Positions 1-14,600 of a stretch of 57,590 nt of DNA are shown here, piece after piece. The DNA is from Sphacelaria rigidula (Eukaryota). The stretch is taken from positions 1 through 57,590 of the forward strand of contig CAXNAA020000003.1 in NCBI GenBank assembly GCA_964200075.2, given 5' to 3'. Below the pieces are notes generated by a model that worked only from the letters and a program-made list of their open reading frames with translations, had not been told where the DNA came from and made no database searches. The position numbers were made by a program, and so were the translations under genes. Each line of letters starts with the position of its first letter. The first letter of the stretch is position 1.

Positions 1-541
1 CAAGAAGGAGAAAGAAGTTGATCGTTGGTCCAAGGGGTATCCACGCAACTTTTGCGTCATTCCAAGTGTCTGGGCTGCGTGTACCTGGGTTGCAACGGTG
101 AAATAAAGCCTACGAATTGATTCGTCACGAGTCGACTCATCATTCTAAAACCAAGTAATTTTCAGACGAATCATTATTTGTCCGACCCTTGCAACATTTT
201 CATCATCACTGCGCACAACATTTCCGGGGGTGCATCCGCATTTCTTTCTTTTTTTCACGGAGTCAAAGCATTTTTCTAGTTTTTGCAGAAACTTCATATC
301 ACTCTAACTTCCTGTTTTTTGTTTTTTACATTGCACCTCGAGAAATGTTGTGCGTAGTGATGATGAAAATGTTGTGTCAAAATTTCAGTGCCCAACCCTT
401 CGGATTACCCGCTGCATCGCCAACATACATTCAAAAATCATAGTCGGCTGGCCCAGCCTGTCGCTCGTAAGAACCCATTCCCACAGTCCTTGTGAATATC
501 TCAGAGCACCCGAACGCAAAACTTTAAACCTTCAGTTTTTA

Positions 542-719
542 AGGCCAACTCTTATGGGAGCGTGTGTAATCATATTCTGCAACAATTTCAGAGGAGTTTT
601 TTTTCTTTGTCATCATGGTGAACAGGCACAAAATACACAACCACGGCAAAGAAGAGAAAGAAAAGTCGTTGATAATTATTGCAAAATAAAATTCTAATCG
701 CTCCCATAAGAGTTGGCCT
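542..719. mobile_element. Short MITE
   Basis: Perfect 21-bp TIR AGGCCAACTCTTATGGGAGCG / CGCTCCCATAAGAGTTGGCCT. Confidence 0.75.
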
Positions 720-720
720 A

Positions 721-1191
721 CGACCGACTCTACTGGGAGCCGTTCAAAATTCCAGTTGAAAACTGCCTTTTTGGCCCTTCTCCGTTTTACACCTGAAAAG
801 AGGGCTAGGCGGCTGTTGACGCCTTGGAATGACTTGCTTTACTCATTGAGGCCGTTCCAGGGCAACTTTGCATTCCCCGCTGGTTGCACTTTCATTTTTG
901 GCCGAACACGAATTTTCAACAAAAAACGGCCAAGCGATAAAAAACAGGGGGGAATTTTGATCACCTGACCATTTTTTACTGAAAATTCGTGTTTGGCCTG
1001 ACTTGGTCAAAAACGCAAGTGCGGCCAGCGAGAAATGCAGAGTTGCCCTAGAACGGTCTCAACGAGTAGAGCAAGTCACTCCAAGGCGTCAACATCCACC
1101 TAGCCCTCTTTTCGAGCGTAAATCGACGGAAAACGGCCCAAAAGCCAGTTTTCGACTGGAATGTTGAACGGCTCCCATTAGAGTGGGCCTA
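721..1191. mobile_element. Foldback (palindromic) MITE
   Basis: Arms of ~210 bp are imperfect reverse complements (gggagccgttcaaaattccag...ctggaatgttgaacggctccc); related to 56955-57420. Confidence 0.8.
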
Positions 1192-2462
1192 ACTCCAAAG
1201 AGCGGCGCGAGCAATCGCTGGGGAGAAAATTTCCGCTGTTCACCCTGAACGAGCCTGTACCACAACACACACCAGTCAAGACACACAAAAAAATCTGGAA
1301 TAACACCAGGTATACAATTACTCTACTCGCCATTTTGTTTCCCGTATCGAAACCAAAACCAGATTCGGACATGAAAATAATTCAACTCTACGATATTTTT
1401 TTCAATGACCAGAACATAGACCGGAATAGTCATGAAATGACGAAGCTGGTACTTCTCTGACTCCACACTAAAACCAAAAGCAGCCATGAGTATAGATCTC
1501 AAATAACACTAAACATGACATGGATCAATCAACCTATTTTTCTTCCCATCAAAATGCAAACCAAATGCGGACATGAGATGACTCACCACACAAATGATTT
1601 TGTTGTTTGATTAAACAGAACACAGACCAATGACGACACGGAATAACGAAGCTGACTATTTCCTCCTCCCCAACATGAAAAAAAAAACAGTCAAGATATG
1701 AATCTCAAGTAATACGAGCGAGAATAACTACCTAGAGCTGTAATTATTTACTTTATTTCGCTGCATCACAACACAACCCAGATTCAGGCTTGAAATATAT
1801 AACTTGGGAGAATTTCCTCTCAAACCATCACACAAATATCGAACATTGACATGAAATATGCAACCTAACACTCCCCATTTGCGCCCGCACCAGAAGACAA
1901 ACCACAGACATGAGACGTGTTCGTCACATCTACATTATACACCGACCTGCAGTATGTATTTGTGGACAAAGTGATTCGGAAGGCATACGAGCTCAGGGTA
2001 CATGATGACACGCCCTCCGCAAAACATGCCCACAACAAAGGCCCTCTGTTCGATGCCGTTCTGTCCAACGATGTCCTGACCTCATCGCCCGCCTTTCGAT
2101 ACTCAGGCTTCTCGGCTTCCAAGTCGCTGCACGACATTCGTCGCCCTTCAAAGGCGAGCAAGACATTCGCGACTTTTGCTGGTGTACACGCCCGTGTTTG
2201 CCGCGCCCGTCTGAATCCTCCCTCAAACTATCACGCATTCGATGGCACCTGCAAAGAGGAGCGCTAACTTCATTTCACTCTGGCTTCGGAGCCACGGCAT
2301 CGTTCGGTTGAAAACACGTACACCGCTTACCCATCGTCGAGAGTGATTAGAATGGAAAGGGTAAGCAGTGCACAGCATATGCCCGTACCAAAGACGATGG
2401 TGGCTTTGATCGAAGGTAGATACTGAACCACAACTTACGGAGCTCCCCACCGCTGGCTTGCC

Positions 2463-2600
2463 TCAACAACCCATCTGCGCTCTTCTTGTGTCATCCAGGA
2501 GACGCTTCGTGCCGACGGTGTCTTCGTGATCCTCCCCAAGCGCTCTTCTGCGAATTGCCAAGGCTGTCTCACAGAGCGCTGCGCTCTCCTTGTACTTTCC
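2463..2600 (-). CDS. Divergent terminal (capping) TPR exon GKYKESAALCETALAIRRRALGEDHEDTVGTKRLLDDTRRAQMGC*
   Basis: gtgcag|GGA AAG TAC acceptor in phase 0, the same 42-aa register as the array, then TGA. Not reported in this frame by the ORF track. Confidence 0.82.
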   Translation of the reverse strand, partial: GKYKESAALCETALAIRRRALGEDHEDTVGTKRLLDDTRRAQMGC

Positions 2601-5600
2601 CTGCACGCGTTCGGGGGGCACGCCAGTTTACACAACAGGCAAGCAGTAGACATGCACAGAAGTAGGTCAATACTCTGCCAGCTCTCCCCCATCGTATATA
2701 AACCCTGCAATATTCGTTGCGCCTAAAACAAGACGTGAAGGACCGGAGGATAGCGGGATGTTCGATTTGCGGAGAGGGACAGAACGTCATCTTTACCCTA
2801 CGTCAAGTGGAAAGGCAACGAAGGGTGTAAGGGATTGGTAGTCACGGCCGAATACTCGAGTACAAACCGGAGTAGGGTACGGTCAGAGTAGCGTAGCAAG
2901 GTGGGGGAAGATATAGTGGAGTGCAAACCGTACTATTGGTGCGAGGAGTCGGCCAGAGCTCAGTCGGGCAGAGGAGGCGATCAATACTCGGACCTCTGCC
3001 CACAACTCAACACATCGGCGAAGAATGAGGTCAGCGGCTAGCTGTAATAGTGGGACAGGGGTCGACATTATGACAAGCATGGGTGGCATCGTTGGGGGCT
3101 GAGGGTGTGCCCCGCGCGCAAGGAGAGCCTGAAGCGGTCGCCAATGTATAAAGCTCAGATGCCACTTCGATTGCATGTATCCGCGTGCCGCAATGGTGCA
3201 GGCAAGGGGCTGCCTGTATTTGGCACGATCAAGTTACTCCCCGCCAACCCAGGGGCAGGCAGCGTAGGGAGAAAGAGGGCCGTAGTCTGCCTCCAAGCTT
3301 CCGCCTGGTGCTCGTGTATCGCCGTGTGAGAGGGAGACACCGGCATCGAACAACAGCAGCGGAGTCGCAGGGGCGCTTTTGGCACGTTTGGCAGCTTCGC
3401 CAGGGCTACGACGGGGCGGGGAGCTACATGACGAGACGGGCTCCGCGATGCCAGGCTAGGGACTTCGTCAAACGGGCAGCCGACTTTCGGCGGGAGGGGG
3501 GCGAGCCATGGAGCACCGACGAGCGCGATAGAGCTCGGTCGGTGAATACACCGGTATCTCGGCAGCAAGATCAATGCCGTACACAGCGCACTACTGGGGA
3601 GTGTACACTCTTTGCGGGGTGAACGAAAACGACACTTTGTGAACCACGAACGCGCAAAATCGCCACACATTCATGACAGCCCCACTGATGATGTAGCGGG
3701 GAAGATGTTGCGATGGCAATGAGCACATGTACATGGACCAATCTAAGCATGCGCAACCTAACGAAGCAAACAATATACCGAGAGAGCTGGCTATGCAACG
3801 TCACACTGAGTTCAAAAATATTCCACTTGTATAGAAGGCATGAACACCGACAGGAACAAATCGCACCATGGGATCGATCCAAGTGATTCTACGAGCAGAC
3901 GCCACAACGAGTACAACGCCTGTCGACGAGTTCCCTGGGAGAAGCGGATTTTATACACGTATACTTGGTATCTGATACCCGAGCCACGAATCGGCCTAAC
4001 GAAAAGTACGAACAATGCCGTATGACAATGAACTTGGTCTGTAGGCAAAAACTAATGATCCTGACGCATCTGACATACTAACCCACTTGCGGTTTGGTTG
4101 GGGGTCCTTCGGCACGAATAATAAATGGACGTAAGTCTAGAAGAGGTGTACCTGCGTGTTTCGCTAAAACAAATCTTGTGGTTTTGGATCAACATGAAAT
4201 TGGAGTACACACACCACTAACAAGCCAGTCGGCCCGGTGGCTCAGTTGGTAACCTCGAAAACCTTTGACGGTTGGGTCGTGGGTTCAAATCTCGGAGCGA
4301 TCTGGGACTTTTTTCACACCGTGCCCAAGAGTGAAGAGCGACTATGTCGTGGGTACACAAAGGCGACGTAAGGGCCGACGAGGGAAAGGGACTGCTGAAC
4401 GCCTCTCGCGATGAAACAAAAAAGGCAAAAACCGCAGAAGAAAGGTCGAGGACTAAGAAAGAACAAGAAGGGGGGAACTCCTGTGTTGGCCTTTTTCCTG
4501 TGTGACCCCGGCTGGTACGCCCAAATCTACCGCAAGATGTAGAACGGTGTCCAGAACAGATGGGGCAACACACATACACAAACGCTGTTCTCTCTTGGGG
4601 TTTTCGAAGCACAGCAATCGGAATTATGTGCTGCATCTGTGCCTCAGAAAAGAGCGGAAAAAATACGCATTTTGGCGTCATATAACGCAATGCGAAAAAG
4701 AAGCGCTCGTCGATCAAACCCACCTTACCCTTGTTAGGTTCGATTACAACAAGATCTATATTACGTAGCCACTCTTTCCCCGAGACTGCTGCCGAGATAG
4801 CCTCCCCCAAAACCGGCCAAAAACGCGCACGGAGGCGATGATCATAACTGTCGTTGAAGCTGGTTTCGTGCCGCACGACGCGACTGATTTGGNNNNNNNN
4901 NNGTTATAGCTGATTTCGGACTGCTACACGCCTCTCATGTGGGCGGAATAGCTGCAAACGAGCCCAATAGTGGGATCGCAGCCGGTTCGTTGGATGGTGC
5001 CGGTGCACTTTTTGTGGGGGGTTATCTCGGCATTAGTCCCGAGTACTTTTTCCGGACTCCCCTGCCCATCGCTTCTAGGTGTGGACGCGGACTGCCTACA
5101 GCATATTACGTAGTCGGTGCGTGCGTTACCGGAACCTTCACCCACAGAACCATGACACCCACGGAATCGGGTCTTAACCGACTTATTCGCCGTTCACCAA
5201 ACGCAACGACGCTCCAAAAATATATACTTGAGAAATGGGGTGACAGGGCTCGAATATCCGGATGGATTGGAACGCCAGGCGACGCCTAGCTCAAGGTTTC
5301 ACTGGGGAAGGGGGGGAATCCTGCCCAACAGAATAATGCGCGCACGTGTATTTCACCAAGTTCGGCGGGTCCATGTCCGGCATGGCTGCCGAGGTATATG
5401 GTGAAGCGGAATATGGACAGGATATTTTCGACATACATGAGCAAAAACTTCCTCTGTCCTATAGGTCTGCCTAGGTATGAGAGTTTGGTTGTTTGGGCGT
5501 GATGGTTTCAGTGATAATGCTATAATCGGGTATATTAGAAAGATAAAACGAAGACGATGCTACTGCAAAAAAATGTTTCCGGGGCATATTTTCGTATACA

Positions 5601-8600
5601 TGAAATGAGTCAAAATATAGCCCATCGTGGCCATTTCGAATTTGTCCTGAGAATGGTATTTCCCCGAGACGTTTTATGACGTTCTACAATCGAGTTTCAG
5701 TGATGGCGAGGACGACGACTATTCGTTTTCTTATTTTTTCTGCTGGAACTTGGGTCGAAATACGGCCATTTCCGGGCGGGCTGACTTCTTGCGGTCGTTC
5801 GGCCGTATCGAGACAAGCCGCAATTGCCAAAAGAAAACGGACTTGACTGGAAGTTAGCTAGACGATGCAACAAAAAAACATGAAAACCGGACACCCTTAA
5901 GTAGCCGTACAAACACAACAAAGCAGACTTATGGGACGGAGAAACTATATATAAATAAACATGTAGACGATGCCCTCGGGTTGGAGATATCCGTCCGACT
6001 GTGGAGTATTCCGGGTTCAGCCGCCGCCTTTTCACGTACCTACTGTGCTCCAGAGACGGCAAAAGTTGCACCTGATGCGGGGGACACACCGGCTTGAGCC
6101 ACGATCGAAGGGCCGACGTCGAAAGATATGATCGTTTCCGTTTCAGATCATACGAACGCGACGACGGTATGTTGGAGAGCAAGCTCTGATCCGACATTAC
6201 ATGAGACATGGCTAGGCGGTACAATCTCATTCGAGGCTCCCAGTTGACAGACGCTTCTCGACCGCTGTTGGCAACACAGGCTTGACTACTATTTGCAACA
6301 CAGTCGGAAGTGTTCGGCCATCAGCGTATGCTTCGGATTCGATCCTTGGATTCGATCGGAGTTTGGATTCACTGGTACCGACCGCCAGTGAACTAGCGAA
6401 CGGGGCGACGCCGTAGGTGATGTTAGGATTCACGATTGACACTCAGCGGTTGGACATAAAATTCTGAACGTCAAGCTTACGAGAGCAACCGCATATTACA
6501 CGCGTGGCCCACAACGGGCGTGAGCACAACGGCGCGAAAGGTGTGAAGCTTGCAACAAAAATCAATATTTTTCAGAGCAGAAGTGCGCGCTGAGAACTTT
6601 CTTGTGTGGGGTTTGTGGTACAGCTACGTCACATGGCAACTTTAGCACGACCAGGACAATGTTTCAGTAGTAGGACTTTGACGATGACATACTCGTCACA
6701 TGGGAACGACCATGGAGAACTCCCACAATGGTACCCGGCAATGGTGACGGAGAAGTAACATAACGAGATGAATTTCATGCGATTTAGCATCGTGGATGTG
6801 GCCATTGAGAGAACGATTGCTGCAACACAGTAGAGGGCTCAGATGTTTGTACCCTCTTTTTGCACACGTTCAACGACCGCCAAGGACGGCATGTATATCG
6901 TATGGAATGACACATTCGATGGCAGGATACTGACAAGGGTTGGGCATGCGGTGGGGGCATGACTTGACAGAGAACGAGAAATCGAGGGCGTACAAAACTT
7001 AAAAGGACCCACGACATAACAAGGTATACATCCATTCATGATATGACAACCACCACATACATCACACGGACATTACCACAAGGAAGGGACACTTGCCACA
7101 AGCGCCCGCTGGGGACGATCATTTCTTCACATTGGCGACTTGATTGGATACTTCTGTATGCTCGGTGATCAAAATATTTCGAATTTCAATGCCGGCCTCC
7201 ATCAACGTCACGAAAGAGACAGATCCCCAAAGTTAGGCGGGCAACAAAGTGTTGTAAAATTGGTGGGAAGCGAGAACCCTGGTGAGTAGAGCTCCGAAAT
7301 GGTACCAGTTATAACTGGCCATCATCATTATAATGGTAATAATAGTAATGGAAAAATGAAAATTGTGAATAATGGTTTCAAACCATTATTCACCGTCACC
7401 GGCTTTATGAGCCGTTACCGGCTACGTTTGCTACATACAGCCCTTGGAAATTGGCCCTAAGTTTTCTTATTTTTGAGCTCTCGTGAAACCAAATCGTGTA
7501 CAAACGGGCTCCCGGCACGCCGCCTCCAGCGGGGCCCTCCGAGGCGCCTCCGGCGGAGCCCCCTCTGCCGGGGGGGGGAGACTTTTGGCTCGCGGCTGCG
7601 CCGCTCGATGACCAAACCAGTATGTGCCATTTGACTGGTTTATGAGTGCGCTACGCGCAACCATTCAATTGCTTAATGGTTAGACAAACCATTTCCGAGC
7701 TCTACTAGTGAGTGACTAGCTAAAAGAGCGCTAATAAACTCGGGAACGTCTTCTGCGGAGGTTGTTACCTTGGCAAGCCAATACACGCACAGATATGTGA
7801 CGAAAGTTGCACGCCGGGTTTTCGCCGGACCAGACTCACAATCACCAAGCGTCAAGCACCGTGATGAGTTGTTCGGCGAGTGGCATGAAGGGTGAGCTGC
7901 ATACTAACAAGATTGTTCGGCCGGAACCATGCGTCTTGAAAATAGAATACGGCCTTGACGGGGGCGGGGGGTGACATGGACACCACCAGGAAGGAGGAAA
8001 AAATCCCACAAGTGTCCGCCGAGGAAATCACTTTTTCATAGCAGATCTGATGGCTTTGAAGATGACAGCGTGGATTAAGGCAATGGTTGTCAGGGACATA
8101 TCGAGGTTGGAGGGTGACCCAGCACAAGTGAGAGGAGACATTTCATCCGTAGTAACCTGCGGTGAATAGATGTGGAGGAGCGAAATATCCAAGTGCAGCA
8201 GCATGCGTTCGTATGGGAGGTTGGAACTACCCATGGGATTGTGCCACGAAGCAACACATGGGACGGAAACGGAGAATAGCACAGTAGATGGGATTTCTCC
8301 AAAGCAATGAAAACTGATTCACCACAGAAAACACAATGCGGTGTGGTTCATGAAATTGCACAGAGCGATATTGGTAAAGAAGAATGCGACAATTTGTCCG
8401 GAGATGTCGCGGACATGCTGCCACTAGTCGGAACTGCGCTATCGACTTCAGCCAGCTTTATGCGGTACTGACGAGTTTTGGGCGAGTGAGAAGTGGAAGG
8501 CAGTACGGACAGGCGTGGTACAAAAACCCCAGGACGAATACGGTGCAAACGATTCCCGAGAGGAGATAAGGCAAGCACGGCCACGGCCAATCTGACAGCA

Positions 8601-11600
8601 GTTTATTGAATCGATGGGAGAGTGAAGACGGAAGTGCCGCTACTAGACCCATTCTAGATGGCAGCAAGGGCGGGTAGGACTCGGGAAGAAGCGGCATCGT
8701 TGGAGGAGAAACGTCCGGAAATCGCTTTCATAGGATATGCTGAAACAAGGAAAGTGCGCGGGCTTCCTTGACCTGGGGGCCGGCAGTGAGGTATTGTGGA
8801 TGACTTTGCGTGGGACATGGTTCTACTTACAGTAGGTTTAAGCTAAAATAGGGGATGTTTGTGATTTCTCCGTCGTCAGCGATTTTCAATAGTCTTTTCT
8901 CGTGCCATCGCTCATCCCAGTGAACGTTTGATATCAAAGTTTAGATATCGGGAGATACTAAGTATCCGCTCCACATTCCCAAAACAAAATCATATCTGCA
9001 CTCAACATTCAACGACTTCCGGGCTGACCGTTTTTCAAGGTCCTGCAGCTGACCCAGCCTCAGCTTCTGACCCTTGAATGGGTTTTTTGCTCGATTGAAG
9101 CAATCCCGACCGTTCTCGTGAACAAATGAAAAATGATTATTTTTCATTCCTACCTATTCGTTTTGCTAGAGCGGAAAAGTGTGTTTTTTTGGACCAGTGA
9201 CGGTCGATAACACCCCCTGATAAACGAGGAACTTGCTCCGTATCACCCCGACAAAACCAATTGAAGAGTGTGTCCCGAGCATGATCTACGTCCCTCCCCC
9301 CCCCCAATATTTGTCGACGCTAGGGCTTTGGAGTGCTAAGGGAGAAATGGCACAAGAAAATTCAGAAAAGCACCCAAATACAAAAATTGCCCAACCGAGC
9401 TCTGCAAAATACAGGGGGGGGGGGGGAACCACTTTCGATCGCCATCATATATAGTTCTTCAGACTCATATTTTTCACTTCACCTCTTCATTGCGCTAGAG
9501 CCAAAACGAAATGTGCTTTGGACCAAAAACATTCAGTAACACATCTGTCAATTCAGCCCGTAAGTCGTTCAATATTGAGCGGAGATACGGTTTTTGTTAC
9601 GGAATGTGGAGCCGATGCTCAGTGTCTCCCGAACCCCAAACTTCGGGATCAAGTGCAGACTCGGATGAGCGGTGGCACGCGAAAACACTTCTGAAAATCG
9701 CTGACTATAGAATCAATTTTATGTCGAGCAACAGAACTGTTCTCATCAACAATGAAAAGTACATCGTACATTGTGTGATGCGGGGACAGATGGAAGCTGT
9801 TCGTGGGCGACTCACGATTACACACACACGCCAGAACACAACGGGATTTCGCAAAGATGGACGCTTGCTTTAACGTCTCGAACGGAGGCCGAGAACGCTT
9901 GGGAGTAGTAGTGACACGAACAGAACCAGCTAATGATGGTGGAAAACCACGGCGACAGCAACACGATGCAGAGCCATACTGGGAGGACGGCCAGGGGTTT
10001 TTGTGCTCGTGCAAAGGTTTATGTTTATGCATACAGAGCGAGGACCCGTTAGCGCTACTATTATACTGACACACGCCGAGGAAAAACAATTGAGAGTTAT
10101 TAATACCCGAAGAAGGGAACACGGCATACGATGATCGCGACACAAGTTTGCACGACTCAAAAGTGCTTCATGCCCGTAGCTACTGTATCAAGAAAACGCG
10201 AACGAGGTATCGGCGGCGTTAGCCACGGATACAGAAGCAAGGGGCAACCATCACAATACTTGGGGGGAAAAGGTGGGGGCGAGTTAGAGAGAGAGAGAGA
10301 GAGAAAGAGAGAGCGAGCGAGCGAGAGAGAAGAGGCATCCGATGCGACAAATAGCTTTGGAGGCGGGAAATACATGGAACGGAGATCGGCGAAATATGTG
10401 AAAATACGACAGTGGCATACCGGGGGGCACGAGTTTGTGGTATATGAACTATAGGACGAAAACACGCGGGGTGCGCGAGAAGATCAATACCCGATTCATG
10501 CACGAAGACGAACATCATAGAAACGTGGTGGATCTGGGTTTGCAGAGTGGCTGTCGCAAAGGGATGTGACTCTGTTTTCGTGAGATTGAGAGTAGAGCGT
10601 TGACTACGAGCGGATTTTATCATTCGCTTCAACTTGACCAATGTTTCGTCCTCTGTGTGTGTTTTTATTTGCCTTTAACGCTGGCGCGTGCTTGCAGCTA
10701 CGCGTCGATATCCTAGTCAGGGATATCAAGGGCTTTGGTGGCAAGCGATTACAGAAAGTGTATCAGGCCTCGTGGAGGGGCATTTCGGAACTGAAACTAT
10801 CCACTCATCAATTGAGCGCTTCTCACTCTCAATCGTATCCTCTACTCTTGGTCTTACGAAAACATTGCTATGTGCGGGTATGAGAGAGGCGTTGGGACAA
10901 ATGGGAGACGGAGCGTAACGACGTACAAGATAGGGGTCTAGGGACAGATGCGGCGCACAACACAACACTCTTCCACCCGTGTTGTCGTCGTTTTACAATG
11001 GGGACAGAAGTACCAGAGGACGGTGGTACGACTGGGGGGAAGGGTGTGTGGCATGCACGGGATGCTATACGAGGGATTGCGAAGATTTTGACCTCTTTGG
11101 ACTAACTTCATGAAACTTCGGGCCGATGTAACTAGGCAGTGTGGAACAACCTGCTCCACGTTGTTTCTTTCCATTCCCCCTTTCATGTGACTCGCCGAAG
11201 ACATCACGGCGCTTCGCGCTTGTGATTGCGAGTCTGGTCCGGCGAAAAGCACTCAGTCCCAGCTTTGTAGAGATGCGAGGTCAATGGTCTCATGACTACG
11301 GCATGCAAGATCATGAGTAAATCCTCCTTCTCGACCATATCACGACCCTGCAGTACAGTAATGCATTTCAGGTGCAACGCTGGACGCATGTGCAGGCCAC
11401 TGCCCCTACTTGAACATGTGGTGGAGATACGCTTTGTCCGACCAGGGACGAGGTCCCACAACGGGATCATGATGGCTTGACCCACACCCCGTCATCAGTA
11501 CCAACATATCCGAACTTGTCGAAATAGCTACAATGGCGTGGACGGCAATTAGAAATATTCAGAACAGCCCCACACGTGTGCCAAAGGCGATGCATTGTAT

Positions 11601-14600
11601 TTTTCGGGGGACAACACAAAAGGACGTTTCATGGAACAATCGTTGCGACGGTACGACTGATGCCAGGATGGTGGACTCAATGTGCCTTCTTAGCGTACCG
11701 GAATGGACGTAGGGTTGGGACCTCGGAGCATCGCACATTATCCCCTTACGGGACTTATTTTTGCGGGTATGAGAGATGACTATGGTACGGTGTTCCGTCC
11801 AAACTACGTGCAGCCTCTGTGATTAATCTCTCAATGCATTCACAAGAGGGGAGTTTGGACCAGCGAGGGGTGAATATTTGTTTGGAAACCTTGCAAAAGC
11901 CCTCTCACGCGTCTGAAATGCACCGTCGTCTGTGGTCAATCATGCAGGTTCTTATCCGCTGGGACAACACAGCCAAGGCATAGGAAAGGAGTTTGCATTA
12001 GCCCAACGGATGGCCCAAAAGCGGTGGCGCTATAGTAGAGGGAACAGGTTGCCTCTTACAAGAAGTACAAGGGATACAACACCTGCCGTTGACAGCAGAT
12101 TGTCTCGCCCTTGTAGTCGAGATTGATTTTTCCGCCCACTCACCATTTCCTCAAGGCGATGAATGCTGGGGTAAGCAGAGAGACGGTTCTTAGCCCTTTT
12201 GGAAATCGCCAAAAACAGTACAAACTTCTATATGCCAGCTTTCGTTGCCGGGAAAACATCACTTCGAGTTCGGTGCACGAATCTGTCACATTATTATACT
12301 TGAACTGAGAGTGGTGCACCGTTTTGGTGGGCTGTATCATCAACACTTGCAGAAAAAAAACATATCTTGCCCAAGAAAACGTCAATTGTACATCGCCACT
12401 TCTCCATCAACGGTTCCAAAAGGTTTAATGGGACAGGGGGCGTGTTCGAACACCACTGACTCGGGTCATATTGCGGTAAGGGCAACATTTGGCCGACACA
12501 TCGGGAATCGGAGGATACGCGCTACGGCTATGCCTCTGTGCATCGTACTTGACACTGTGCCGAGCGCCCGATTATTATTTGCATACGGTAACGATGAACC
12601 CACAGAATTTCGTTTGACTAGAACGATGCGACATTTTCTAGCGAGGGGGGCATTCAGTGGTAGAGCCCCGATGATTGGCGAGTTGTGGAGACCGTCAAGG
12701 TTCGACTTAAAGCGCACAAGGAGGGTCGATAGCAGTTGGGGATGGTTTTGGAACAGGGGGGCGTTTGTTGCATGTTCGCGGTGCGTTACCTCCCGACGCT
12801 CGTGTTTTGTTAAGGCATACAAGCAGCGGTTTGCTCGAGGCACTAATAGTCCCAGAGTCTCCAGCGGGAGCTGAAGGAGGGAGCGCCGTTAGCTTGATAC
12901 GCGTTGGGTTCAAGGTCAGATGCTCAACCTGGTAAACAAGCTACATCGGCGATGACGTCGATTGTGAGGCAGCAGGGACTTCATACCGCACGAGTATGAG
13001 CTTCGATCTCGGGTGGTACAGGAGGGGCGACGAGGTCGGCAGCAGTCGGCATTCATCTACTATGGATGTATTTCAACGAGAACATTGACGCAGTGGCGCA
13101 CTGATGGCATATATGCTTGCCAAGTTGAGACATTGGAGAAATTTTCAAAAACGTCGTCAGTGCGTGTGGTAGTCAGAATGCTCCAGCGCGATCAAGGGAC
13201 TCAACGGGTAGACTCAGCTCTTTCTGCAGTCTTTGCCACCGACCCAACCCCTCCTGTGCTGCAAAGAGCTGCGCACTGTTGTCTGGTACTGAGCAGATAT
13301 GAACCACTATGTGCTATGCACTGTGTGCCGTGGAAGGCGAGGGCACTGTACTTTAATATTGCTTGTAGTATTTAGCTGATAAGACGAGGTTTTACAAATT
13401 GAGGATGGAATTGTTTTTGGGACGAACCTTGGGAACCTTTATATGCATAAAAAATGTTCCGGCAAAGAACAAAATGCAAATGCACTATCCGGCCGTGACG
13501 TGTGGTCTCGCTCATCCCCGAAACCGAACCACCAGCACATTTCAAAACTCGCGCTGAAGCAGGATTATGACAGATGTGAATAGTTTCTTGTAAGGCAATG
13601 AACCGATGTCGGAATTGCCCGGTAAGAGCACGGAGTTTTATATATTGCGGGTGAGTTATTTTGAGGTTGAGCAAGGTTACACATCATCGCCGGAGAGTGC
13701 ATTTGCGCTTTTATTTCGAACACATTTTGATGCTCATGAAGGTTCCCAAGGTCCATCCTCGACACAAATCCATACTCGATCTTGAAAATTCTGTGCCTAC
13801 TGACGAACCAACGCCATCTCTACAACATCACGGCAGCAGGTACTACAGAGTATGGGTGAAATGATGTGACATGCAATGTGATACCGAAACATGCCGGAAG
13901 TGCGCCACCAACGCCTCGAAAGTACCAATACTGCGAAAGCAAGGCGGGATCTCACAGCAGTAGTGGTAGCCAGCGTGTACCACGTACTTGTCCGTGAGAG
14001 CTTGTACAGTCAACTTAACACATGGAAAATCCACACTCACGTGGCCTGTCAAAATATGCGGTCTGGGGTTCTCAGGCACTCATTTCCATACAACCTCTCA
14101 GCATATACTTCTTCAGACAAAGATAAATGTGCTGTGCAACTTGAAAGACAACACATCCGAAGCCGAACTGAACCGTGAGCGATATTGGGCGATCTGAAAG
14201 GGACTGGATGCCAGAGGGTCTGGAGACAGACGAGGCAGTAGAAGAGATACAGGAGGGCAGGGAAGAGGCAGTGGGCTGGCAGCTGGGCACCTGCGTTTGG
14301 ACGCCCTCGTACTATCTGCTCGCGGGTCTTCACCCTCGTTCCCACCAACTTGTCTCTTGGTGATGGGTGCTTCTGAACTGCTGGCTCTCCCACGGGCAGT
14401 ATATGGGTATTGAGTGGAAGCGGTACTGATATAAAATACAGCGTGTCAGTTTTAAGCCGGGGCTGAGCCTCACAAACCCTTCAAGGACAACCCCTTAGAC
14501 TAATGCTTCACAAACACACAACGACCATGAGAAGAAACTTGAATCGCGTTGTGCCATATTGACTTGATTGGGTAATTGATTGTTGTATATTAGCTGATCC

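Noticed and set aside
2883-3670. Additional exons or a separate gene in the GC-rich ORFs next to the terminal exon
   Set aside because: No TPR register or recognisable domain in the frames I read; cannot be supported without RNA data.
4231-4314. Functional tRNA genes here and at 48495 and 49793
   Set aside because: A and B boxes are present but acceptor and anticodon stems do not pair convincingly; better treated as tRNA-derived repeats.
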